From: an uncultured Deferribacteres bacterium
Lineage (GTDB): Bacteria > Zhuqueibacterota > Zhuqueibacteria > Zhuqueibacterales > Geothermadaptataceae
Reading direction: 5' to 3'
Assembly: GCA_964014485.1 (NCBI GenBank)
Contig: CAXHAT010000234.1
Span: forward strand, 1 to 10,972
DNA: 10,972 bases
Position 1 is the stretch's first letter. Every line of letters begins with the position of its first letter. The notes beneath the pieces were generated by a model, which did no database searches, was not told the origin of the DNA, and saw only the letters and a program-made list of their open reading frames with translations. A program made the position numbers and the translations under genes. Shown here piece by piece: positions 1-7,853 of the stretch.

Positions 1-913
1 CAACGCCTTCAAATTGTGGGATGATGTGCCGCTCTTCCGCGAAGCCAGTTATTGGGCCGTCGAAAAAACAAAAGGCCTGATCCCGATCCAACGGAACTGG
101 TCGCCAGTAATTTTGGCCGTCGCGCTCAAAACGCGCCCAACGCCATTGGTCAAAATGGCGATCCCAGTCACTGATTAGAAAATCGAGCAGGCGAGCGTTG
201 AGGTAAGCTTTTTGATCGGCGTTATCGATGAAACTCTGTTCACGAATCTCGAAAAACTCAAAAATGCTGACTACTTTTGTTAAACCGGCAAATCCGGGCG
301 TATCGTCCGGGCCGTTGATGACGAATTCTTCGATGATGCCCAGCGTTCCCGCAAAGTCTTCTCGATGTTCGCCGAGAACAGGATCGTCCGGTAAAACTAC
401 GGCTTTGGGGCTGGTGTGAACAAGCCCGACAGCCGAAGCGAGCGTCGGCACCACCATTGCGCCAAAAGGATGCGAGGTGCTGATCCCGTCCCGCAAAGCC
501 CGCGCGATGACGGTTTCGCGCAATTCTTCCGGCAGCAACTTCGACGGGTCTTTGTCGATAGAGCGGAACATAAATCTCCCGCCGTTCGCACTTTTAAAGC
601 TTAAAGATTTCGATTGGAAACCGCCGGATCTCTTGTGCGGCCTCAAGCCGCCGCCGGAATTTTTCAGATCTAATACCGGAATTTCAACGGTTGCCGTCCA
701 TTCGTCGCGATAGCGTTTCCCAAGCAGCGCGCGAGTGACTCCACCAACTTTGTAGTGCGGCCCCGCGATAACTTTGGTCGTGCCGTTGGTTTTGATTTCA
801 TCGATGCTGTATTGCGCCAAAAGCGGCTGCCAGATGACGATCACCGCCATACTCGCCAGGAATAAGGCAAATGTTCGAAAAAAACTGAGATTTTTATTAC
901 ACCCAAGCGTCAT
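1..913 (-). CDS. Exported protein with atypical kinase-like domain, 5' part only (runs off the left edge); resembles the FCB-group proteins usually annotated as BamA/TamA-family outer membrane protein or metallophosphoesterase fusion
   Basis: Manual translation from ATG at 913 gives 304 codons without a stop: MTLGCNKNLSFFRTFALFLASMAVIVIWQPLLA-QY (signal-peptide-like), LLGKRYRDEW, RSGGFQSKSL, FMFRSIDKDP, ARLLDFLISDWDRHFDQWRWA (DWDRH at 155-169), WRPVPLDRDQAF. It is absent from the ORF track because the stop lies outside the window. The family assignment is from recall of these motifs. Confidence 0.85.
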   Translation of the reverse strand, partial: MTLGCNKNLSFFRTFALFLASMAVIVIWQPLLAQYSIDEIKTNGTTKVIAGPHYKVGGVTRALLGKRYRDEWTATVEIPVLDLKNSGGGLRPHKRSGGFQSKSLSFKSANGGRFMFRSIDKDPSKLLPEELRETVIARALRDGISTSHPFGAMVVPTLASAVGLVHTSPKAVVLPDDPVLGEHREDFAGTLGIIEEFVINGPDDTPGFAGLTKVVSIFEFFEIREQSFIDNADQKAYLNARLLDFLISDWDRHFDQWRWARFERDGQNYWRPVPLDRDQAFCFFDGPITGFAEERHIIPQFEGV

Positions 914-951
914 TGTTCTTTCCGCTGTATTTGAAGATAAATTCTTACCAA

Positions 952-1137
952 CTGATGCTACGCGCTGCTTAATAATCTAGCGATTCAGTCAAACATTGCC
1001 TCTACGTCATTTCCGCCTGCGCGGGAATGACCGAAACAAACGTTTCGGGGATTGGGCAGTTCCAGTTTCAACTGCAGTTCTCAGGATGTGTAAAAGACAG
1101 CGTACTGAATTCTATGTTAGGCAGTGCGTGACGTCAG
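952..1137. mobile_element. Putative MITE-like element, copy A (186 bp)
   Basis: Ends CTGATGCTACGC (952-963) and GCGTGACGTCAG (1126-1137), with imperfect complementarity continuing inward (GCTGCTTAA / TTAGGCAGT). Flanked by the perfect direct repeat TTACCAA at 945-951 and 1138-1144. Same end motif as 7854-8026. Confidence 0.75.
1005..1048. repeat. CGTC-tagged REP-like palindrome followed by a second hairpin
   Basis: C-GTCATTTCCGC-CTGC-GCGGGAATGAC (11-bp stem, one G:T) at 1005-1031, containing ATTTCC-N8-GGGAAT. CCGAAAC-AAAC-GTTTCGG follows at 1031-1048. Confidence 0.65.
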
Positions 1138-1296
1138 TTACCAATTGTAGACGATAAAAGGGCCTGAGGAGAAATACCATCTTAAAGTGACAACTGCCAG
1201 GGACGCAAAAATCCGATTTTTGTTCATTGTTTACAGGAACAATACCGGTCGTCTTTTTAGAACGCTTGCTTTGTAACTAAAACTTTTTACGAAAGC

Positions 1297-1324
1297 GCAA
1301 ACCTTTTCGAAAGAGGCTCTGTCT
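1297..1324 (+). promoter_or_regulatory. Possible ECF sigma-factor promoter for the DUF4097 gene
   Basis: GCAAAC-N17-TGTCT resembles the general ECF pattern AAC-N16/17-CGT(C), and lies about 70 bp upstream of ATG 1392. Confidence 0.3.
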
Positions 1325-1391
1325 TTAGTTCCGCCTTGTGCAAAAGAAGCGAATTGACGAAGTGTTCTCTTACGATAAGGAGGAATTATTT

Positions 1392-2414
1392 ATGAAACGC
1401 GCAAACCAATTATTGAAAGCAAGCTTGACGATCTTCTTGTTGCTCGGCTGGGCCGGCGGCAGCCTGGCGGAAGAAATCGAACGATCATTTAGCGGCGTCA
1501 AATCGATCCGCATGAAGACGGTCAGCGGGGATTGCATTATTGAAGCGGGAACGGGAAGCGAAGTTAAATTAACGTTGAAGCACACGTATTCGGATGATGT
1601 TTTTGAAGCCGAAATAGACCAGCGCGGCAGCCGGCTGATCCTCGAAGAACGTTTTCGGCGCTCGTCCTGGGGCAGTCATCGCGGTTCTTCGAGCTGGCAT
1701 TTGATCGTACCCAAAGACGTTGAAATCGATTTTGGCACGGCCTCCGGCGAATTCTCTGTCGAAGGCGTTGAAAATAATATTGAAGCGCGTTCCGCTTCCG
1801 GCGATCTGACTTTTAAAGAAATTAAAGGCGAAGTTCGCGCCAGCGCCGCCAGCGGCAATATCGATCTGACAGACATTGAAGGCGAAGTCAGCGCCAGCAC
1901 GGCTTCCGGGGACGTTGAATTGGACGGCGTGGAGGGCAACACCAAAGCGAGCACGGCCAGCGGCAGAATCGACGCCCAGAAAGTGAACGGCGAGATAAAA
2001 TTCAGCGCCGCCTCCGGGGACGTTCGCGCTTCGGATATTACGGGCGAGATCAAAATGAGCGCAGCCAGCGGCGACGTTACGGCAAGCAATGTTAATGTTG
2101 AAGAAAGAAGCTCTTTTTCGGCGGCTTCCGGCAACGTAGAAGTCTCATTCGGCAGCAGTCCAAAGGATGACGTTAAAGTTTCAGCGGCTTCCGGGGACGC
2201 GGAATTGGATTATGACGGCAATTCGATTCAGGGGTACATCGAAATGACGGCTCGGGCGCGGCGCGGCAGAATTCGGGCGCCGTTCGATTTCGACAAAGAA
2301 GAGACTTATGAAAAGTGGGGTCAAGAATATGTCACAAAGTCCGTTCAAAAAGGCGAAAGCAGCCTGACAATCGAGATAAGCACTGCATCGGGGACTGCAA
2401 CTTTGAAGCAATAG
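1392..2414 (+). CDS. DUF4097-family beta-strand-repeat exported protein (340 aa)
   Basis: ATG at 1392 follows a strong Shine-Dalgarno AAGGAGG (1377-1383), so it is preferred to the GTG at 1338. Signal peptide MKRANQLLKASLTIFLLLGWAGGSLA-EE. About 11 (S/T)(A/T)ASG(D/N/E/R)-type motifs, spaced about 19 aa apart in the core. Confidence 0.85.
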   Translation: MKRANQLLKASLTIFLLLGWAGGSLAEEIERSFSGVKSIRMKTVSGDCIIEAGTGSEVKLTLKHTYSDDVFEAEIDQRGSRLILEERFRRSSWGSHRGSSSWHLIVPKDVEIDFGTASGEFSVEGVENNIEARSASGDLTFKEIKGEVRASAASGNIDLTDIEGEVSASTASGDVELDGVEGNTKASTASGRIDAQKVNGEIKFSAASGDVRASDITGEIKMSAASGDVTASNVNVEERSSFSAASGNVEVSFGSSPKDDVKVSAASGDAELDYDGNSIQGYIEMTARARRGRIRAPFDFDKEETYEKWGQEYVTKSVQKGESSLTIEISTASGTATLKQ

Positions 2415-2451
2415 TCTCTGACACAAGTCAACCCGCTCAAAAATAGCGCTT

Positions 2452-2515
2452 TAAAACCTAAAAACCGCCAGTGACAGGGTATAAATCAGCCTGCTCGCCG
2501 GCGGTTTTGGTTTTA
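2452..2515. terminator. Probable bidirectional intrinsic terminator between convergent genes
   Basis: TAAAACC-TA-AAAACCGCC...CAGG...CCTG...GGCGGTTTT-GGTTTTA forms an imperfect hairpin with A/T runs on both sides, between the stops at 2414 (+) and 2529 (-). Confidence 0.6.
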
Positions 2516-2528
2516 CTTCAACCCATAC

Positions 2529-3050
2529 TCACCTGGGGAGCTTTTTCAAAAGCTTCCGCCCGCGCGCTCTAACAGAAGCGCTTCCCGTTTCCATCGCGTT
2601 TTCAATAAAATCTGCCAACCACTCTCTGTCAAGGTTGTGATGAAGAACGACGTCAGCCAGGCCTTGCAGACAATTGACCTTTACGATTTGGCTTTTCTTT
2701 TCAACGGAAAACCATCTCTGGAGCGTGTCAACAATTTGCGGAATTTCAGACGAATCGAGTTGAAGCGCGCCAAACAGCAATGGAATGTGCCAACGCACTT
2801 GTGATTGTTCAAAATCGTCGAGGTTTTCTATTAGGCGGGATTTGTGTTTTTGCAGCAGGCGGGGAAATTTGACGATAATCTTTTGAATGCCGTCGGCGGC
2901 GCGCATCCGTATGCCCGGCTCATTGTGAAAAACGCCTTTGAACAGTTCGTCGAAGCGCGTTTGGTCATCACCGACTTCAGCGATCACTTCATCAATAGGG
3001 CCGATACTGCGCAAATCGTCGCCGCGCAGCTTTTCGAGTATTTTGGACAT
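2529..3050 (-). CDS. Uncharacterised alpha-helical HEAT/ARM-like protein (173 aa)
   Basis: Helical pattern with HEAT-like segments EPGIRMRAADGIQKI, QSQVRWHIPLLFG, SQIVKVNCLQGLAD and ASVRARGRKLL. No catalytic motif recognised. Confidence 0.7.
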   Translation of the reverse strand: MSKILEKLRGDDLRSIGPIDEVIAEVGDDQTRFDELFKGVFHNEPGIRMRAADGIQKIIVKFPRLLQKHKSRLIENLDDFEQSQVRWHIPLLFGALQLDSSEIPQIVDTLQRWFSVEKKSQIVKVNCLQGLADVVLHHNLDREWLADFIENAMETGSASVRARGRKLLKKLPR

Positions 3051-3073
3051 AAGAATTGAAGAAAATCTGCCGA

Positions 3074-3436
3074 TTAGATTCCAAGGGCGATGCGCAATTT
3101 TTGATTCACTAATTCCATCAACCGTTGATCCGCTTCGCCCAATGCTCGCAAGACGAGAGGCTTGTACAATAGCGCCAATTTGTGCGTTCTGAAAACGGAA
3201 TTAAATTTTAAACCTGTCTTCCTGAATGACGAATCGGATTTGTTGATCATTAAATCGGAAGCAAGTAAAGGCGTTGGAATCTGTGAAGAAATAAAAAGGC
3301 ACAAGGCGTCATCGATTTGGGACAACAAGTCATCAGGCGTTATAATCAAGGCGGGTCTTGCTTTTATTGAAGAAAGATCTGAAAACGGGTAACGCACCAA
3401 AACAATGCTCCCTCTCCTTACTATGCGCTTGCCCAT
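3074..3436 (-). CDS. Type II toxin, PemK/MazF family endoribonuclease
   Basis: RRGSIVLVRYPFSDLSSIKARPALII and TGLKFNSVFRTHKL match the PemK/MazF pattern (G-x-IV...PF-x-D...K-x-RPA; GL...S). 120 aa. Confidence 0.9.
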   Translation of the reverse strand: MGKRIVRRGSIVLVRYPFSDLSSIKARPALIITPDDLLSQIDDALCLFISSQIPTPLLASDLMINKSDSSFRKTGLKFNSVFRTHKLALLYKPLVLRALGEADQRLMELVNQKLRIALGI

Positions 3437-3669
3437 CCCGCTTCTTCTCCATCATTTAAGGTATAAACGTCTTCTTTTTCTGAGGCCAACCAATCAAAAC
3501 TTCCTGAACTTTCAGCAAGTTTTAACAGGTCATCGGCGGGAATGTCGTTGGTCAGAATCTGCGTCTTTTGCAATTTTCTCCGAGCGATGACAAATACAGC
3601 GAATGATGCAACTTCAGACTGTTCCGCCGGCGTCATTTTTTCTAGTAAATCGATTACTTTGGCCGTCAT
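3421..3669 (-). CDS. Probable cognate antitoxin (82 aa)
   Basis: Small ORF directly upstream of the toxin, overlapping it by 16 bp. Helical N-terminus (LEKMTPAEQSEVASFAVF) and acidic, aromatic C-terminus (SSGSFDWLASEKEDVY), as seen in partners of PemK-like toxins. Confidence 0.75.
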   Translation of the reverse strand: MTAKVIDLLEKMTPAEQSEVASFAVFVIARRKLQKTQILTNDIPADDLLKLAESSGSFDWLASEKEDVYTLNDGEEAGWASA

Positions 3670-3785
3670 CGTTAATGCCCTAACGTTTAATCCTTTAAAA
3701 AGTAAAACTTTCTTTGAAGAATATACTCAACATCGTGAGTTTTAAACAAAAACTTATTCGTCCCTGCGTCACATTTTCAAAAAAT

Positions 3786-5033
3786 TCATTCATACCTCAA
3801 CGCTTCAATCGGGTCGAGTCGTGCGGCTTTTCGAGCGGGAAAGACGCCGAAGACCAAGCCGACTCCGGCAGACATAACTATCGAAAAAATTGTCCAGCCG
3901 ACAGGCATGTGAAATGGAAAGTTAAGAGCGAGCGATGCAGCAAACCCGATCCCCAGGCCAACGCCCAGGCCGATCAAGCCGCCGATCCCCGAAAGCGTCG
4001 CCGCTTCGATGAGAAATTGCATCGTAATCTGGCTGCGGCGAGCGCCGATGGCTTTACGAATGCCAATTTCGTGCGTGCGTTCAGTAACGGAGACGAGCAT
4101 AATCACCATAACGCCGATGCCGCCGATCATGAGCGCAATTGAGGCCAGAACGACCAAAACCAGCGCGACGTTGTCCGTGATGCTCTCGGTAAAATCGACC
4201 ACGGCGTTCATCGTGATTAAGGCAAAATCATCAGGCTGATTGAGCGGTACTTTGCGGCGCATCCGCATAACGGCGCGCACATTCGCCTCGACTTCTTCGA
4301 TATTCTCTTTGTCGTCGACGATAATGTTCATGTCGGGGTTGGTGAACTTGTTAAGAAAGTCGCGCTCGAAAGCCGTATACGGAATCGCTGCGTAGTTTTC
4401 GGCAAGGCTCCCCATGAACGTTTTCCGCGATTCGAATGCTCCGACGACTGTATACTCTTTGCCTTGAACACGCACCGCCTTGCCAATTGGATCTTCATCC
4501 GGAAAAAGCGAGTTCTTTACGGCGTCGCCGAGAACGATGGTCTTGGATCTGTGGTTCTGTTCTTCGAGCGTAAAGTACCGACCTTCCGCCAAACTCATAA
4601 CCTGAATTTGGAGCAGTTCCTGATTTGAACCGATAACCGCAACAAAATTTGCTTTCCGGTCCTTGTATTTAATCTGAATGCTGTTCGCCTGATATTGAAT
4701 TTGCACCCCTTCAACATGAGGCAAACCACGGATTGCAAAGGCGTCTTCGACTTTAAAGTTCTTCCGCTTAATGAACTCTTCCTGCCCCTCTCCCTTAAGA
4801 ACATTGATTTTGGTTAGACTCAGAATCGGCGTATCGCCGCCGCCGATGGAACTGACAACGAAATGATTGAGCCCTGAAACGATGGCCACCATTCCCATAA
4901 GGCTTGCAACGCCGATCAAAACGCCGAGTATCACCAAGCCCGACCGCATTTTGTTGGCGCGAATCGTGTTGAAGGCCTCGCTCAACGCTTCTTTGAATTG
5001 TGATCTAAGTCTTCCGGTTCGCTTTTGCTTCAT
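3786..5033 (-). CDS. ABC transporter permease, MacB/FtsX family (415 aa)
   Basis: NKMRSGLVILGVLIGVAS first TM helix, large periplasmic domain (GRYF; DPIGK), GGIGVMVIMLVSVTERTHEIGIRKAIGA, C-terminal PARKAARLDPIEALRYE. No nucleotide-binding domain. Confidence 0.95.
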   Translation of the reverse strand: MKQKRTGRLRSQFKEALSEAFNTIRANKMRSGLVILGVLIGVASLMGMVAIVSGLNHFVVSSIGGGDTPILSLTKINVLKGEGQEEFIKRKNFKVEDAFAIRGLPHVEGVQIQYQANSIQIKYKDRKANFVAVIGSNQELLQIQVMSLAEGRYFTLEEQNHRSKTIVLGDAVKNSLFPDEDPIGKAVRVQGKEYTVVGAFESRKTFMGSLAENYAAIPYTAFERDFLNKFTNPDMNIIVDDKENIEEVEANVRAVMRMRRKVPLNQPDDFALITMNAVVDFTESITDNVALVLVVLASIALMIGGIGVMVIMLVSVTERTHEIGIRKAIGARRSQITMQFLIEAATLSGIGGLIGLGVGLGIGFAASLALNFPFHMPVGWTIFSIVMSAGVGLVFGVFPARKAARLDPIEALRYE

Positions 5034-5068
5034 GGGGAGAACTATGGTTTTTGTTCAGAGTCAAATTG

Positions 5069-5174
5069 CTGGATTTGTGGAATAATGGATCGTTGGAGTT
5101 TTGGATTAATGCCATGAAGTTGAATGGACGCGGCATGCTCAATATTCCATAAATCCATCATTCCAATAATCCAG
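5069..5174. repeat. Inverted arrays of TGGAnnnn octamers forming a long hairpin
   Basis: Five units at 5070-5109 (TGGATTTG TGGAATAA TGGATCGT TGGAGTTT TGGATTAA) and four inverted units at 5142-5173 (ATATTCCA TAAATCCA TCATTCCA ATAATCCA). Inner stem ATGCC/GGCAT; outer closure CTGGA/TCCAG. Confidence 0.8.
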
Positions 5175-5176
5175 AT

Positions 5177-6409
5177 TTACAACGCTCGCAACGCTTCCAC
5201 GGGATCAAGCCGGGAGGCCTTTCTCGCGGGATAGACGCCAAAAATGAGGCCGATTATGATTGAAATGCCCAGCGCGACAACAATCGCCCAGGTCGCGATG
5301 CGATAGGGAAGCGGCGAAAGCACGGCAACAAGACTGGCCGCCGTGAATCCTAAAATAATCCCAATAATGCCGCCGATCAGCGTGAGAATCAACGTTTCGA
5401 TCAGGAATTGTAAAGTGATATCCTTGCGCTTGGCGCCGAGGGATTTACGGACGCCGATTTCACGCGTTCGCTCCGTCACCGCAACCAGCATAATGTTCAT
5501 AATGATGATGCCGCCGACGACCAACGTGATGCCAACCACGCCGATGAGCGTGCCAAAAATCCCGGCGGTCAACCCTGCCCAAAGATTAGCGAGCTGCTCT
5601 GAGGTGTCGATATAAAAATCATCGTCTTGCGAAGGCTTCAGCTTGTGACGTATGCGCATCAAAGCCCGCGCCTGATCTTGCGCCAGATGAAAATCTTCCA
5701 TTTGCGCCGTCTTCACGGAGATCTCGATGGATCGATTCCGTGAGCCGAAATTTTTCAGGAACGTCGTAATGGGCATGAACGCGAACATATTTTGATTGCC
5801 GCCCAAAACATTGGGTTTCTGCTCGCACACGCCGAGAACTTCATAATGCTTTTGCCTAATCTTGATCGTCCGGCCAACAGGATCAACTTCCTCGAAAAGA
5901 TTTTGCGCCACGTCCCAGCCAATTACGCAAACATTCCTTCGCTGCCGAACGTCTTGCACCGAGATATGCCGACCATTGGCAAGCTCAAATTCTCCCATGG
6001 CCGGATAAGCGTCGGTGCGACCGCGAATTTCTATGTTTTCCGCCTCGTTGCGTCGGTATTGCAGAGTTGCGTTCGAACTGACGCCGGCGTCGACAAATTC
6101 TGCGGCGGAGACCTCTTCCTTAATCGCTTCTCGATCTTCTAAAGTCAGGTAGGGGTGTTTGAGGGAAGAGAGGAACTTGTCGAAATCAGTGAAAATATCG
6201 GCGAAATTGAAACGCCTGACCGTGAAAACATTGCTCCCCTGGCTCAGCACTTTCTCTTTAACATAGAAGTCCATACCGTCAACAATGGAGACGACGGCGA
6301 TGATAGACATGATTGAAATTATCACGCACAGAATCGTCAGCGACGAACGCATTTTGTTCGCCCACAGCGCCGTCGCTGAAATAACAATGCTTTCCCAGAT
6401 TCGCTGCAT
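5177..6409 (-). CDS. ABC transporter permease, MacB/FtsX family (410 aa)
   Basis: [67 protein letters not shown]. The start overlaps the adaptor stop (TGATG). Confidence 0.95.
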   Translation of the reverse strand: MQRIWESIVISATALWANKMRSSLTILCVIISIMSIIAVVSIVDGMDFYVKEKVLSQGSNVFTVRRFNFADIFTDFDKFLSSLKHPYLTLEDREAIKEEVSAAEFVDAGVSSNATLQYRRNEAENIEIRGRTDAYPAMGEFELANGRHISVQDVRQRRNVCVIGWDVAQNLFEEVDPVGRTIKIRQKHYEVLGVCEQKPNVLGGNQNMFAFMPITTFLKNFGSRNRSIEISVKTAQMEDFHLAQDQARALMRIRHKLKPSQDDDFYIDTSEQLANLWAGLTAGIFGTLIGVVGITLVVGGIIIMNIMLVAVTERTREIGVRKSLGAKRKDITLQFLIETLILTLIGGIIGIILGFTAASLVAVLSPLPYRIATWAIVVALGISIIIGLIFGVYPARKASRLDPVEALRAL

Positions 6410-7659
6410 CAGTTTTCGTCCGGTTCAGTGTATTTGACTTCTTCTTCATTCTTCAACCGGCGCAGCGTGCGAAAAGGCCCGGTGACAACCAGATCGTCAG
6501 CAGAGAGGCCGCTGGTCGCCTCGAAGAACCGGTCACCGGCGATCCCGGTTTTGACTTCGCGGAATTTAGCGACGTTTTCTTCAACAACGAAAACGCCTTG
6601 CACGCTCTTTTCCTTCTCTTTCGATTGGCCGTTTGTCGGCTTTGCCTCAACGCTGTCGGCTTTCGTTGTAATTTCTGAAGGTTTCCGTAAAGTCAACGCC
6701 TGAATGGGGACGGCGACGGCATTTTCTCGGTAACCTGTCGTAACGTCGGCCTTGCACGAGAGCCCGGGACGAACATTGGGAATCTTATCTTCCAACTGCG
6801 CAATCACCTCAAAACTCGTCGCTTGCTGCTGGGCAGCCGTGGCAATATTTTGAATGGGGCTGTGTCCGACTTTTGTCACAATAGCACGAAAACTGGTGTC
6901 TGGATAAGCGTCAACGTTGATCGCGACTTCCTGCCCGACTTCGACGTCCACAACATCGGTTTCGTCGACTTCAATCACAGCTTCGATCACCGAAAGATCG
7001 GCGACAGTAACGAGGATCGTCGCCGGGTTGTTAAACGCGCCGACAAAAACGTTCTCGCCTTCTTCAATATTGCGCTGCACGACGATGCCGTCGATATCGG
7101 AATGCACCGAGACTTTGTTCAACTCATGCTGTGCGCTGCGGAGAAGCGCTTGCAATCGAGTAATATCCTGGTTTTTGGCTTCAACGTCCAAGGCTTGAAT
7201 TTTTTTGGCGGTCCGCGCGTCCTGAACTTCTTTTTCAGAACTCAAGTCGCGTTTAAACAACTCTTCCTGACGTTTCAAATCGGTATCGGCCTGATCAAGC
7301 GTTGCTTGCGAAAGATTCAAGGCTGCACGAGCGGAAGCAATTTGCGCTTCAATTTGCCGTTTGTTGGCCTCAGCCGGGGTGGGATCAATACGGAGCAGAA
7401 AATCGCCTCTTTTGACAACATCGCCTTCATCAACGGCCAATTCGACGATTTTGCCGTTGGTGTTCGCGCTGACGTCAACCGAAGTTTTTGCGCGTATTTT
7501 TCCAGAAGCGGAAACGAGAGAACGCAACTCGCGCTCCTCTATTTTCTGCACTTCAACCTCTGTCCGCGACTGCCATTTTCTCGCAACGTTCGCCCAAATC
7601 ACGCCCCCGATGACAACCACTGCGACGATGGCAACGATTATTTTTGTTCGCTTACTCAT
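6409..7659 (-). CDS. Efflux periplasmic adaptor subunit (MacA/HlyD-type membrane fusion protein, 416 aa)
   Basis: N-terminal TM anchor, lipoyl-like halves ([33 protein letters not shown]...EGE), coiled-coil hairpin, VDETDV...[21 protein letters not shown]. Shine-Dalgarno AAGGAG upstream. Confidence 0.93.
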   Translation of the reverse strand: MSKRTKIIVAIVAVVVIGGVIWANVARKWQSRTEVEVQKIEERELRSLVSASGKIRAKTSVDVSANTNGKIVELAVDEGDVVKRGDFLLRIDPTPAEANKRQIEAQIASARAALNLSQATLDQADTDLKRQEELFKRDLSSEKEVQDARTAKKIQALDVEAKNQDITRLQALLRSAQHELNKVSVHSDIDGIVVQRNIEEGENVFVGAFNNPATILVTVADLSVIEAVIEVDETDVVDVEVGQEVAINVDAYPDTSFRAIVTKVGHSPIQNIATAAQQQATSFEVIAQLEDKIPNVRPGLSCKADVTTGYRENAVAVPIQALTLRKPSEITTKADSVEAKPTNGQSKEKEKSVQGVFVVEENVAKFREVKTGIAGDRFFEATSGLSADDLVVTGPFRTLRRLKNEEEVKYTEPDEN

Positions 7660-7707
7660 TTATTCTCCTTTCCTCTCGAAGCAATGTACCCTCAGATAAC
7701 ACTTTGT

Positions 7708-7735
7708 ATATTAAAACATTTAAACAAAATGGCAA
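7708..7735 (-). promoter_or_regulatory. Candidate sigma70-type promoter for the adaptor-permease operon
   Basis: Minus strand TTGCCA-N16-TAATAT in an AT-rich patch, about 50 bp upstream of the adaptor ATG. Confidence 0.35.
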
Positions 7736-7853
7736 GGGGAATGGCGAAAACCATCGATATGCAACGGATGACGCGCAAAAGAGTTGCTCGAATTCTTTGG
7801 ATTACGGCATTCATCGATTAGCGGCAGGGAAATGTCGGAGTAGGAATTAGGAA

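Noticed and set aside
228..980. Short ORFs 228-419, 397-591, 416-604, 477-713 and 774-980
   Set aside because: They are shadows of the long minus-strand frame 1-913, which carries the recognisable motifs.
1085..1100. GATGTGTAAAAGACAG resembles the Tn5 mosaic end AGATGTGTATAAGAGACAG
   Set aside because: It needs a 2-nt deletion plus mismatches, has no adjoining adapter sequence, and lies inside an element with intact ends and direct repeats. Treated as chance.
1338..1391. GTG start of the 358-aa ORF in the track
   Set aside because: The ATG at 1392 has AAGGAGG upstream and begins directly with a signal peptide.
1735..2200. Recurrent GC(C/T)TCCGG / GCCAGCGGC nucleotide repeats at about 57-bp spacing
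   Set aside because: Explained by the ASG protein repeats of the DUF4097 protein; not a CRISPR array or DNA-level repeat.
5069..5174. Octamer array as a CRISPR array or simple terminator
   Set aside because: The units are 8 bp with no spacers, and there is no GC-rich stem followed by a U-tract on the coding strand.
6403..6414. GCTGCATCAGTT partially matches the element end GCGTAACATCAGTT
   Set aside because: Only CATCAGTT matches, it is the stop/start overlap of two genes, and no partner end or direct repeat was seen.
6823..7821. 332-aa plus-strand ORF
   Set aside because: Antisense to the adaptor gene with no recognisable motifs. The other short ORFs overlapping called genes were dismissed for the same reason.
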